From: Candidatus Woesearchaeota archaeon
Lineage (GTDB): Archaea > Nanobdellota > Nanobdellia > Woesearchaeales > UBA10216
Reading direction: 5' to 3'
DNA length: 64,000 nt
Assembly: GCA_016180085.1 (NCBI GenBank)
Contig: JACPBX010000003.1
Span: forward strand, 2,652 to 66,651
Shown here: positions 16,987 to 26,634 of the stretch, in pieces
Layout of the letters: the number at the start of each line of letters is the position of its first letter
How positions within the stretch are numbered: position 1 is the stretch's first letter
Notes under the pieces: generated by a model
The model's database searches: none
What the model was told of the DNA's origin: nothing
Seen by the model: only the letters and a program-made list of their open reading frames with translations
Program-made: the position numbers and the translations under genes

Positions 16987-17122
16987 GTGCCCAAGGTGCA
17001 AGAACAGGATGAAATATCAGCCTGCCACAAAATCAGCTGATGTTTCTGGAAAGGTCAAGAAATGCGTTTACTGCAACTTCTCGATGAGTGTCCAGAAGTC
17101 TGCGGTGCAGAAGCTTGATTAG
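16967..17122 (+). CDS. 51-aa zinc-ribbon protein (CPRC...CVYC)
   Basis: MKMFLLECPRCKNRMKYQPATKSADVSGKVKKCVYCNFSMSVQKSAVQKLD. It overlaps the scpB 3' end by 20 nt and is below the ORF-track cut-off. Confidence 0.5.
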   Translation: MKMFLLECPRCKNRMKYQPATKSADVSGKVKKCVYCNFSMSVQKSAVQKLD

Positions 17123-17523
17123 GCCACAAGCCGCTCAAGCCTGCCCCCGGTTGCTTGTGCCTTGCGCGCCTTAAGCTCTTCCAGCTTCTGCTCGGCATAA
17201 TCCCGCATCTGCCTTACCTGATCGATTATTAAGGCGTAATGCCTGTCGTCCTTTTCACCAGCGGTTCTCTCCAAGCTGTTAAGCAGCCGTACAGCAAGGG
17301 AGTAGTTGCGCTGTGCAAAACCAACGCTTCCAACCAGGGCAGCCAGGTAAGCAGAATCGACAAGCGATTGGGCAATGCTGAGCGGTGACTCCGGATTTTT
17401 GTTCATATAGGCGTTGCAGGAATTGATTTCAGTCACCAGACAGCTTAACTCGGCGTGCTCCCGCCTTCTTTCTGCCTTGTGCCTGCTGCTTGCCAGCCTC
17501 TCCAGAACTTTGTAGTGTGGCAT
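17119..17523 (-). CDS. Hypothetical helical protein
   Basis: The ORF has plausible composition. The start is uncertain (GTG 17535 or ATG 17523). Confidence 0.4.
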   Translation of the reverse strand: MPHYKVLERLASSRHKAERRREHAELSCLVTEINSCNAYMNKNPESPLSIAQSLVDSAYLAALVGSVGFAQRNYSLAVRLLNSLERTAGEKDDRHYALIIDQVRQMRDYAEQKLEELKARKAQATGGRLERLVA

Positions 17524-17629
17524 TAAACATGGCACGGATGCCCCTTTTCTTTATATTTTTTGTCACTTTTTCAGGCTTTCATCCAAACCTTTTTAAAGCC
17601 CCTTTTCTTCATGTTTCTCGTCGATAAAC

Positions 17630-20600
17630 ATGCCTGAATCTGCAGCTGAAAAAAGCCCTGAAAAGCCTTCTGAAGATATTGTAAAATCCTCCATAGTCAA
17701 CAGGGAGATTGAGGAGGAGATGAAGTCTTCTTACCTGGACTATGCCATGTCTGTCCTTGTTTCAAGGGCATTGCCTGACGTCCGCGACGGGTTAAAGCCT
17801 GTTCAGAGGAGGATTCTTTTTGCCATGCTTGATTTGGGCCTGCAGCACAACAAGCCTCATAGGAAATCTGCAAGGATAGTTGGGGAGTGCTTTGTAAAAG
17901 ACACGGTTGTTTTAACTGAAAGGGGGCTTATGCCTATTCAGAGCATTAAAGTAGGGGATCGTGTTTTTACGCAGAAAGGCATAAAAAAGGTCACTGAACT
18001 CTATGAAATGCCTGAACGAGATCTTTTGCGTGTTGAACTGAGTGGAGGCTACAATAACATTGTTACTCCAGCCCAGAAGTTTAGAGTGATAAATTCCGAT
18101 ATGACATTTAGCTGGAAAGAGGCTAAAGACTTAACTGAAGCGGATTATTTAGTGGTTAAGGCGGACTATCCAGAAATAAGGCAATGTGCGTCTCTCAAAC
18201 CTATAAAAGAGGGTTTTCCAAATAAGCTTAATGAGGACATTGCTTACCTGCTCGGTTTTTTTATTTCAGATGGCTGGGTAGAGAAGGCTACAGGAAGGTT
18301 CGGCTTTTACTCTGCCAGCAGGGCCGTAATTGAAAGGATTTCCTCTATTATAGCAAAACAGTTTGGCTATTCCTACCCTGTGCAAACCAAAGAGTATGAG
18401 CTAACTACAACCAGCCGGTTAGTCCTAATGAAGCAGGCATATCAGGTAAGGGTGAGTCATTACGATTTTACTGAGTTCTTTTCTGTAAATTTTGCGATAA
18501 GGACTGTAGGTGCATTCACGAAAACAATCCCTGAACAGATATTTTGCTCTCCAAAAAATGTTATCTATTCTTTTATTTCTGGACTAATAGATGGTGACGG
18601 AAGTATTCACGCCTCTAGGAATGTTATTAACTACGGTTCTGTATCAGAGCGGCTTATTAGTCAGATTCAAATGCTTTTGCTCTCACTTGGAGTCTTTTCG
18701 TCCCGTTATTCTCAAGTGTCACAGCGACATTTTGTGAATGGGCGATTTGTCCAGTCAAACTCCAAATTGCATTTTTTAGAAATTAAAGGTGATAGCTTGT
18801 TTACTCTGGGAAAGAATATTCGGCCGATAGATGAAGGAAAGTACGCCAGATTAAGTAGAATCCTTTCGTTTGGAAAATGTAAAAAACAAAATTTTGAAAT
18901 TATCCCCTATGCAGCTAAACATGTTTTCTCAGAGCTTTCTAATGCTCATTTAGGTGGCGGTTGGTATCTTGGAGAAGATGGCAAAAAGTTTAGACTTGGC
19001 ATTAAGCATAATTCGGGAATAAAGATACGTTACAAGAAGGATTTGCACTCACTTCCTCTAAGAAAATCCCAAATTGTTGAGTGGCATATTGCCGAAAAAT
19101 TAAAACGAATACAATCAAAATACGCTGCTCTTTTAGGAGAATTTTCATCCCACAAGCTCTTTTTTTTAAAGGTGAAATCAGTATTTCCGTCTCCGCCCGA
19201 AACCACTTATGATGTGCAAGTTGAAGATGATCACGAATTTGTAGCGAACGGTATGCTTTCCCACAATTGCCTAGGTAAATACCACCCGCACGGAGATACG
19301 GCTATTTACGACGCTTTGGTTAGGCTTGCCCAGCCTTTTTCTTTGCGTTACCCCTTGGTGGATGGTCAAGGAAATTTCGGTTCCCTCGATGGGGATGCGG
19401 CAGCGCATCAAAGGTACACTGAGGCGCGCATGACGCCAATTGCAGAGCTCCTTCTTGAGGACATTGACAAGGAAACAGTTGATTTTGCGAAGAACTTTGA
19501 CGGCAGCCTCGAGGAGCCTGTTGTGCTTCCCGGGAAGTTTCCCAACCTTCTTGTCAATGGCAGCTCAGGCATTGCTGTTGGCATGGCAACAAACATCCCT
19601 CCCCACAACCTGAAGGAAGTCATTTCGGCTATTACTGCTGCAATAAAAAATCCGCAGCTGCCTTTTGAGGACCTCATCAGGTTAATTCCGGGCCCTGACT
19701 TTCCCACCGGAGGGATTATTCACGGCACAGAGGGCATTGCTGAAGCTTACAGGACTGGAAGGGGGGTAATCAGGCTGAGGTCCAAGACGTCTTTTGAGCA
19801 TAAAAAGGACAGGACAAGCATAATTGTTTCGGAAATCCCTTACCAGGTTAACAAAAGCCTTCTTGTTGAGGAACTCGCTAATCTAGTCAGGGGCAAGGTT
19901 GTTACGGGCATTGAGGATATTCGCGATGAGAGCGACCGTGATGGAATTCGCGTTGTCATTGACCTGAAGAAGGAGGCCAATCCTGACACTGTCCTGAACC
20001 AGATGCTTGTCCACAGCAGGCTTGACAGCTCTTTCCCGATTGCGCTGGTTGCGCTTGTTGACAGAGTTCCTAAGCAGGTTGCGCTTCGCGGAATGATTGA
20101 CTCCTTCATTGGCCACAGGAAGGATGTTGTCAGGAAAAGGACTGCCTTCCTGCTGAGGAACGCCCGGGACAAGGCACACCTGCTTGAAGGCCTGCTCATA
20201 GCGCTTAGCAATCTTGATGGCGTTGTAAAGCTGATTAAGGGCAGCAGGGACACGGCTGCAGCAAAGAAATCGCTTGTTGAGCAGCTCTCTGTTTCGGTCA
20301 AGCAGGCCGAAGCCATCCTGGATATGAGGCTCCAGCGCCTGGTCTCCCTGGAGCAGCAGAGCATCAGGGACGAGCACCAGCAGCTGTTGAAGGACATCGC
20401 TGACTTCTCTTCCATACTTGCATCAGAGTCAAGAGTCTCTGACATAATAGTTTCTGAGCTTTCAGAAATTGCTCAGAAGCATGGCGATGCGAGAAGGACC
20501 CAGATAGTCGAGGCAGGTGAGGAGCTGCTTGCAGAGGACACCATCAAGCCAGAAGAGGTTGTTGTCACAGTCACTCATGCAGGCTACATCAAGCGCATCA

Positions 20601-21514
20601 GCGTTGATGCCTACAGGCAGCAGAGGAGGGGAGGAAAAGGCATCATAGCTGCAACGACCAAGGAGGGTGACTTCGTTGAAAACATCTTTGTTGCCAACAC
20701 GCACTCCTACATCCTTTTCTTCACAAGCCTGGGCATCGTTCATTGGCTCAAGGTTTACGAGGTTCCTGAGGCTTCAAGGTACGCCTCAGGCAAGGCAATA
20801 GTCAACCTGCTGCGGCTGCGGGAAAGCGAGAAGATTAGCGCTTTCATCCCTGTAAAGGAATTTGCCGGGAACCTCGTAATGATTACAAAGAACGGCACGA
20901 TAAAGAAGACAGAGCTTGCAGCTTATTCGAATCCGAGGAGGGGCGGCATAATAGCAATCACCCTGGAAGACAATGATGAGCTCATTAACGTCGCTTTGAC
21001 AACTGGCAGCCAGCAGCTTATCGTTGCAACGGCCAATGGTCTGGCAGTCAGGTTTAACGAGCAGGATGTCAGGCCTGTTGGGCGCTCAGCCAAGGGAGTC
21101 AGGGCAATCAGGCTTAGGGGCACTGATGCGGTAGTTGGCATGGTCGTAGCCAACGAGGCAGAGTCGCTGCTTACAATCACGGCCAATGGCTACGGCAAGC
21201 GAAGCCCGGTTGCGGATTATCGCCTGATTTCCAGGGGAGGTTCAGGCGTCATAAACATCCAGACCAGTGACAGAAATGGCCCGGTCGCTGCAATAGCTTC
21301 GGTAACCGACAATGATGACATTATTATTGTGAGCAAAAGCGGCAACATAGTGCGCATAGCTGCAAAGGGCATATCAGAGATTGGGAGGAACACCCAGGGA
21401 GTAACGCTCATGCGCCTTGAGCCTGGTGATTCTGTTGTTTCGATAGCCAAGGTTCCCAAGGACACTGCTAACGGCAGCGGCAATGGCGGCAACAACCATG
21501 AAAGCGCAATTTAA
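17630..21514 (+). CDS. gyrA: DNA gyrase subunit A, interrupted by an intein
   Basis: LPDVRDGLKPVQRR, KYHPHGD, QRYTEARM (catalytic Tyr) and C-terminal beta-pinwheel repeats. The exteins are continuous after removing 17888-19267. Confidence 0.95.
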   Translation: MPESAAEKSPEKPSEDIVKSSIVNREIEEEMKSSYLDYAMSVLVSRALPDVRDGLKPVQRRILFAMLDLGLQHNKPHRKSARIVGECFVKDTVVLTERGLMPIQSIKVGDRVFTQKGIKKVTELYEMPERDLLRVELSGGYNNIVTPAQKFRVINSDMTFSWKEAKDLTEADYLVVKADYPEIRQCASLKPIKEGFPNKLNEDIAYLLGFFISDGWVEKATGRFGFYSASRAVIERISSIIAKQFGYSYPVQTKEYELTTTSRLVLMKQAYQVRVSHYDFTEFFSVNFAIRTVGAFTKTIPEQIFCSPKNVIYSFISGLIDGDGSIHASRNVINYGSVSERLISQIQMLLLSLGVFSSRYSQVSQRHFVNGRFVQSNSKLHFLEIKGDSLFTLGKNIRPIDEGKYARLSRILSFGKCKKQNFEIIPYAAKHVFSELSNAHLGGGWYLGEDGKKFRLGIKHNSGIKIRYKKDLHSLPLRKSQIVEWHIAEKLKRIQSKYAALLGEFSSHKLFFLKVKSVFPSPPETTYDVQVEDDHEFVANGMLSHNCLGKYHPHGDTAIYDALVRLAQPFSLRYPLVDGQGNFGSLDGDAAAHQRYTEARMTPIAELLLEDIDKETVDFAKNFDGSLEEPVVLPGKFPNLLVNGSSGIAVGMATNIPPHNLKEVISAITAAIKNPQLPFEDLIRLIPGPDFPTGGIIHGTEGIAEAYRTGRGVIRLRSKTSFEHKKDRTSIIVSEIPYQVNKSLLVEELANLVRGKVVTGIEDIRDESDRDGIRVVIDLKKEANPDTVLNQMLVHSRLDSSFPIALVALVDRVPKQVALRGMIDSFIGHRKDVVRKRTAFLLRNARDKAHLLEGLLIALSNLDGVVKLIKGSRDTAAAKKSLVEQLSVSVKQAEAILDMRLQRLVSLEQQSIRDEHQQLLKDIADFSSILASESRVSDIIVSELSEIAQKHGDARRTQIVEAGEELLAEDTIKPEEVVVTVTHAGYIKRISVDAYRQQRRGGKGIIAATTKEGDFVENIFVANTHSYILFFTSLGIVHWLKVYEVPEASRYASGKAIVNLLRLRESEKISAFIPVKEFAGNLVMITKNGTIKKTELAAYSNPRRGGIIAITLEDNDELINVALTTGSQQLIVATANGLAVRFNEQDVRPVGRSAKGVRAIRLRGTDAVVGMVVANEAESLLTITANGYGKRSPVADYRLISRGGSGVINIQTSDRNGPVAAIASVTDNDDIIIVSKSGNIVRIAAKGISEIGRNTQGVTLMRLEPGDSVVSIAKVPKDTANGSGNGGNNHESAI
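17888..19267 (+). mobile_element. GyrA intein (460 aa) with LAGLIDADG homing endonuclease
   Basis: It starts with Cys (VGE|CFVKDTVVL) and ends SHN|C. LAGLIDADG blocks are LLGFFISDGWV and FISGLIDGDGSI. It is visibly more AT-rich than the exteins. Confidence 0.9.
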
Positions 21515-22445
21515 GGCTGCTGTCGCGACCCATCCCGGCTTTGAGGACATAGCCGCATTGGAAGTTAAGGAGCTTGTAGGTGCCAAAGCAACTATAGCCG
21601 CAGGAGAGAGGGTTGCTTTTCAAACCAAAAACTTAAATGATTTGTGCAAGCTCTGCTACTTGTCGCAGTCTGCGAATTCGGTTTTTCTTTTGCCGCAAAA
21701 AGCTCCCATTAACCCGTTTGAAATGGGTAAGAGGGAATACGAGGTCTTTGGCAGCAATGGTGGAATAAGCGGAAGCCTTTCCTATCTCATGTTGAGGGTC
21801 TCTGGCTACACCGGCAGGGAATCCCTATTTGACCCTTTCACAAGGTCAGGGACAATAGCAATTGAAGCAGCCCTTTTCAGCTCAGGATTCCCGGTCAACC
21901 GCTACCGCAAGGACTCTTTGGCTTCGGCTTTTTCCAAGTTGCCGCAGTTTTCAAAAGCTGACTTCAGTGAATTCTTCGCCGCAGCAGAAAAAGAAGCTTC
22001 CTCTGCTGCCAAAAAGCGTGTCAGAAGTTCAAAGCCGAAGATACTTTCCTCATCGCCTTCAATGCAGCATGTGCGGTTTGCAGAGAAAAACGCCAAAATA
22101 GCTGGTGTTAACAAGATTATCAGGTTCAGCCGCCTTGACATTGAGTGGCTTGATGCCAAGCTTGACGAGCGCTCAATCGATTTGGTTGTCAGTTATCCGC
22201 CGCAGTTTAAAAACAGCAACGATAAATTTGCAGCCGTAGAAAATGAGAAACTGCATAAAATGTACGTGGAATTCTTTTTCCATGCAGATTATTTCCTGAA
22301 AAAAGGTGGCTCAATCGTTTTTTTGCTGAAAAACAAGGCGGCAGTAGCAGCCATAGCTGCTAACCACAAGTTCAAGCCGAAGGTAATGAGGAAATTCAAG
22401 GTTGGCAGCGAGGATTTTGAGCTGGTTTCGTTTACAAAACTTTAA
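21498..22445 (+). CDS. THUMP-domain RNA methyltransferase-like protein
   Basis: The N-terminal THUMP-like region reads HPGFEDIAALEVKEL, and the C-terminus has DLVVSYPPQF (methylase motif IV-like). Overlaps the gyrA end. Confidence 0.65.
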   Translation: MKAQFKAAVATHPGFEDIAALEVKELVGAKATIAAGERVAFQTKNLNDLCKLCYLSQSANSVFLLPQKAPINPFEMGKREYEVFGSNGGISGSLSYLMLRVSGYTGRESLFDPFTRSGTIAIEAALFSSGFPVNRYRKDSLASAFSKLPQFSKADFSEFFAAAEKEASSAAKKRVRSSKPKILSSSPSMQHVRFAEKNAKIAGVNKIIRFSRLDIEWLDAKLDERSIDLVVSYPPQFKNSNDKFAAVENEKLHKMYVEFFFHADYFLKKGGSIVFLLKNKAAVAAIAANHKFKPKVMRKFKVGSEDFELVSFTKL

Positions 22446-22456
22446 AAAAGCCTTGT

Positions 22457-23773
22457 GTGTGCTTTCTGCTTATGATTGGCGGTGTTGAGGTTTTGGTCTG
22501 GGCCATGTATCTTCTTGGCCTGTACTTCACCATTTTCTGGCTCTACGCCTTTCTTGAGAGGTATGAGTTGTTCAGTGAGGAAGCCAGGGGCTCTGCCTCA
22601 GGCAAGAAAAAGCTTGGCCGTTATCCAAAGGTTTCTGTGATAATTCCCGCTTATAATGCTGAAGCAACTATAAGGGACTGCATCCTTTCCGTTGCTAACC
22701 TGGACTATCCAAAGGACAGGCTTGAAATAATGGTTGTCAACGACGGCTCTACAGACAGCACAGCATCAATTGTTTCTGAGCTAATTCGCAGCTGCAAAGG
22801 CGCTGATATAAAATTAATGAGCCAGGAAAACCTTGGCAAGGGCGCTGCCATGAACAATGCTATACGTGCCTGCTCCGGGGAATTTTTCGCCTGCCTTGAT
22901 TCAGACTCTTTTGTTGAGCCTGAAACCCTGCAGAAGATGCTTCATGTTTTCGAGCAGCACGACAGCGAGCTTGCTATTGTGACTCCGGCAATGAAAGTTT
23001 TCAAGCCAAAAAGCTTCCTGCAGAAGTTCCAGCGCCTTGAGTACATCGTCACGCTCTTCTCCAACCGGTTATTGTCGCACTTCGATGCCCTTTACGTTGC
23101 GCCGGGGCCGTTCAGCCTCTACAGGAAAAGCATTGTGACGGACCTTGGCGGCTTTGATGAGCACAACCTTACCGAGGACCAGGAAATAGGCTACAGGATG
23201 CAGAAGCACAATTACAGGCTTAAGCACTGTTTTGACGCTTATGTTTACACGACAGCGCCGAGCAACGTAGGGCAGCTTTACAGGCAGCGCAGCAGGTGGT
23301 GGAGGGGAAGCTTGCTGAACTTTGTCAGTTACAAGTCACTGTTCCTGAATCCGAAGTACGGCCATTTCGGCGTTTTTCAGCTCCCAATGATTATGCTCGG
23401 CTATGTAACTGTCTGCTTTGTGGTTTTTTTCTTCACTTATTTCACAATCCTGCCTTGGTGGCAGAGGTTTTATGAGCTTTACCTTGTCGGGTTTGACCTG
23501 CCAACCCTGTTAAGGGGCATTAAGCTATCTTTTGATGTTTTAAGGTATGACTTCGGCAAGGTCTTCATAATATTCACCCTCACGGCACTCGCCATTACGA
23601 CCTTCCTTCTCGCTCACAGGAGCAGCAGGGAGGCTGTTTTCAAGCACGGCCTGGTTTATCTGCCGTTCTACTTCTTGTTCTACTACATACTTCTGTCATT
23701 CATTTACGTGGCTGCCGCTGTTCAGTTGGTTGTTTCGGGGAGGAAGGATAAATGGCTGGGAAAATCTATCTGA
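22457..23773 (+). CDS. Membrane-embedded processive GT2 glycosyltransferase
   Basis: IIPAYNAE, DSD, TEDQE and QRSRWWRG (QxxRW), flanked by TM helices. Confidence 0.8.
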   Translation: MCFLLMIGGVEVLVWAMYLLGLYFTIFWLYAFLERYELFSEEARGSASGKKKLGRYPKVSVIIPAYNAEATIRDCILSVANLDYPKDRLEIMVVNDGSTDSTASIVSELIRSCKGADIKLMSQENLGKGAAMNNAIRACSGEFFACLDSDSFVEPETLQKMLHVFEQHDSELAIVTPAMKVFKPKSFLQKFQRLEYIVTLFSNRLLSHFDALYVAPGPFSLYRKSIVTDLGGFDEHNLTEDQEIGYRMQKHNYRLKHCFDAYVYTTAPSNVGQLYRQRSRWWRGSLLNFVSYKSLFLNPKYGHFGVFQLPMIMLGYVTVCFVVFFFTYFTILPWWQRFYELYLVGFDLPTLLRGIKLSFDVLRYDFGKVFIIFTLTALAITTFLLAHRSSREAVFKHGLVYLPFYFLFYYILLSFIYVAAAVQLVVSGRKDKWLGKSI

Positions 23774-24474
23774 GAACATACATTGTTGTCGGCTTTATCT
23801 CGCTGCTGGTATTCAGCCTTGGCTTCCTGCTCAGTGTTCTGATTGATGACCAGCGCCTGGTGAGGGTTGAGAAGGCAACCAAGGTGCAGGAGCTCAACTA
23901 CAAGAGCCTCCAGTTCCAGCAGCTTTACCTAAACACCTTAACCAACAATACTGATTCCTGCCCTGTGTTTGAGCTTAGCCTCCAGAGCAGCATAAACAGC
24001 CTGACAGACTCGCTTGAAAGGATGGAGGGCTACAAGGTTTCAGCTAGCTTTAACCAAGCTGAGTTCAACGAGCTCGCCCGGACTTACGTGCTTGACAACC
24101 TGAGGTACTGGCTCTTTTCAAAGAGAACAAAGGAGCTCTGCGACCTAGACTTCGTGTCAGTCCTATACTTTTACTCTGACGAGAAATGCGGCATATGCCC
24201 TGACCAGGGTGTAATACTGTCCTACTACAAGAAGCTGCTTGGCGACAGGCTGCTCGTTTTCCCGATAAACACAGACCTTGAGGCCAGTGAGGCAGCGATT
24301 GAGATGCTGAAGAGGCGCTACAATGTAACCACTTACCCAACCATAATAGTTGAGGATAGCAGGTATGAAGGCGTTGTCTCCAAAAGCGGCCTTATGCCCA
24401 TAGTCTGTGGCTCTTTCAAAACCCCTGTTGAAGAGTGCTCAGCCATTCAAAGCGAGATTGAAGAAGCTCAATGA
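23752..24474 (+). CDS. Membrane-anchored thioredoxin-fold protein (CGIC)
   Basis: N-terminal TM, FYSDEKCGICPDQG and a TYPT cis-Pro loop. Overlaps both neighbours. Confidence 0.55.
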   Translation: MAGKIYLRTYIVVGFISLLVFSLGFLLSVLIDDQRLVRVEKATKVQELNYKSLQFQQLYLNTLTNNTDSCPVFELSLQSSINSLTDSLERMEGYKVSASFNQAEFNELARTYVLDNLRYWLFSKRTKELCDLDFVSVLYFYSDEKCGICPDQGVILSYYKKLLGDRLLVFPINTDLEASEAAIEMLKRRYNVTTYPTIIVEDSRYEGVVSKSGLMPIVCGSFKTPVEECSAIQSEIEEAQ

Positions 24475-26006
24475 TTAACGCCCCTTTTAGCCTTAAAAGC
24501 AGGATACAATTTAAGCCGCTGCTGCCGCTTATAATAATCTTAGCTTTGTTTGTTGCCGCCAAGATTCTCTTCCTCTTAAGGTATCATCTTCCAATCTGGG
24601 ACGAGGCGGTCTACCTGGGCATGGGCAAGTACATTTACTCCCTTGGCAGTTCAGGCTTATGGGAGATACTGAGGCCGCCAGCACTTCCACTGTTAACAGG
24701 CATGGTCTGGAAGCTTCATCTGCCTCAGCTGTTTTTTTCTGAAATAATCACCCTGCTATCAGGGGCTGGCAGCATAGCTTTGTGTTACCTCATTGGGAAA
24801 AAGCTCTTCAACAGGAACGTTGCGGTTCTTGCCTCTGCCCTCCTCGCAGCCTCACCGCTTTTCTTCCTGTACTCCTCTTACATCCTTACAGAAGTGCCTT
24901 CCACACTTTTCGTTCTGGCAACAATCTATTTCTTCGTCAATAAGCGCTACTATCTCTGCGGCTCTTCTGCTGCCTTGGCAATGCTTTTCAAGTTCCCAAA
25001 CGGGCTCATGCTGGCTGCAATAGCGGCAGCGGTTATTGTTCCCAAGCTGATTTCCCAGAAGTCACAGTTGCAACAGCTTATTAAAGTTGCAGTATCATCC
25101 TTTCTGGTTGCCCTGCCTTTCCTTGTTTTCAATTACGTATTCTACAGGCCTTTCACCAGCAATCCTTTCCATGCAATATTCAGGCCTTTCATACTGGCTT
25201 CGTGGCACCAGTCAAACCCTGCAAAGGCCATAACCAGCCCATTGCTTAACTATTCTTTCTATGCGGTTGAGGCGTTCAAGCAGCACTTTGTTTTCATGCT
25301 GGCCCTTGCGGCTGCGTTCCTGTTCTGGAAGAGGAAATGGTTTCATGACTCTGGCAAGCTGCTGCTGGCCTCTTACCTTGCCATCTATGCAGCATACTTC
25401 ACTTACATCCAGAACAAGGACGAGCGCTTCCTGATTTTGTTCCTTCCCGCAGTCTGCATTTTTGCAGCTGCAGCGTTCTTTGAAGTGTTGAAGTTCAGCC
25501 GCGGCATAAGTCTGAAGCATCTGAAGCCTGTGCGTTCATTGGCGCTTGTTGCCATAATGGCGCTTTTGCTTCTTTCCTTTGCCGTTGCAGTCTACAAGGA
25601 CTACCACTTCTACAGCTGGCGCCCGTCATCCGAGCCTGCTGTGGCTTCTGAGCTTTACAGGTCTGTAACAAATCTTGGCATTAAAGGCGCTGTGCTCACA
25701 TCAGAGCCTGTTTTCTCAGCTTATAACGACAACCGCTTTTTCCCTTACTATTTTACCTCCTTCGAAGGCATTCCGCAGGAGCTTAAGGCTTTGAACGAGT
25801 GGGAGCAGAACAAGACGTTTGAGGCAGTTATTTTTAGTTCAGAAACACTCTTCTGTCCCTCAGGCGACTTTGAATGTGAGGCTGCCAAGGCCAACATGTA
25901 CGGCTACCTGCAGTCAGGCTTCAGGCAGGTCTTTAACGGCACCTATTATGACGGCCTCGTGAGCTATTACGTTTTCGTGAACGAATCGCTATACGGAAAA
26001 GAATGA
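24471..26006 (+). CDS. GT-C fold glycosyltransferase (ArnT/PMT family 39-like)
   Basis: Polytopic membrane protein. PIWDEAVYLGMG in the first loop is typical of the DE/DD motif of GT-C enzymes. Confidence 0.75.
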   Translation: MINAPFSLKSRIQFKPLLPLIIILALFVAAKILFLLRYHLPIWDEAVYLGMGKYIYSLGSSGLWEILRPPALPLLTGMVWKLHLPQLFFSEIITLLSGAGSIALCYLIGKKLFNRNVAVLASALLAASPLFFLYSSYILTEVPSTLFVLATIYFFVNKRYYLCGSSAALAMLFKFPNGLMLAAIAAAVIVPKLISQKSQLQQLIKVAVSSFLVALPFLVFNYVFYRPFTSNPFHAIFRPFILASWHQSNPAKAITSPLLNYSFYAVEAFKQHFVFMLALAAAFLFWKRKWFHDSGKLLLASYLAIYAAYFTYIQNKDERFLILFLPAVCIFAAAAFFEVLKFSRGISLKHLKPVRSLALVAIMALLLLSFAVAVYKDYHFYSWRPSSEPAVASELYRSVTNLGIKGAVLTSEPVFSAYNDNRFFPYYFTSFEGIPQELKALNEWEQNKTFEAVIFSSETLFCPSGDFECEAAKANMYGYLQSGFRQVFNGTYYDGLVSYYVFVNESLYGKE

Positions 26007-26017
26007 GCTGCAGCATC

Positions 26018-26497
26018 TTACTTTTTCTTCACCTTAATCATATCCCCCAAGGTAAGCTGGTCTTTCTTGGCAGGAGGCACTATGTCTTCTACTGCTTCAG
26101 CCTTTTCCACAAGCTTCATTCCAAGGGTCTTCCCTATCCTTTTCGCTTCCTCCACGCTTGGCTTTAAAGTTCCGGTTTCCATCTTGTGGAGCACCGACTC
26201 CTTCACCCCAATCAGTTTGGCAAAGTCCTCCAGCTTCATGAACCCGTCTTCCCTCTTCCTGCCGAGCTCTTCCCTCTTCTGCTTGACCAGCTGGCCGAAG
26301 TTTGCGACAACGGCTTCCAGCTCTTCCTCTTCAGCAGGCATTTGCATCTTTTCCGCTTTTTTCATCGCAGCAGCCGCAACCTGAATCTTCCCAACAACCT
26401 TCCCGTACCTGCTGCAGCCGTTGCACACCGCCAGCACAGTCCCTTCCACGGACGCCTTTAGCACTGCCTGTTCCCTTCCGCACATGTCACAGTCCAT
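26018..26497 (-). CDS. Archaeal multiprotein bridging factor 1 (Zn ribbon + XRE HTH)
   Basis: CDMCG...CNGC at the N-terminus, and C-terminal FAKLIGVKESVLHKMETG HTH. Confidence 0.85.
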   Translation of the reverse strand: MDCDMCGREQAVLKASVEGTVLAVCNGCSRYGKVVGKIQVAAAAMKKAEKMQMPAEEEELEAVVANFGQLVKQKREELGRKREDGFMKLEDFAKLIGVKESVLHKMETGTLKPSVEEAKRIGKTLGMKLVEKAEAVEDIVPPAKKDQLTLGDMIKVKKK

Positions 26498-26634
26498 TTC
26501 CAGAATTCCTCTTTGCTCCTTTCTGCAGAAGCCGGTATAGCCGCGTTTTTAATTTTATCGCTCAATCCTGCTGCCCAGCCTTCTGTTCATGGTTTGTAGT
26601 TAAGTTTAAATACGCATTTTAAGGTTAATGGAAT

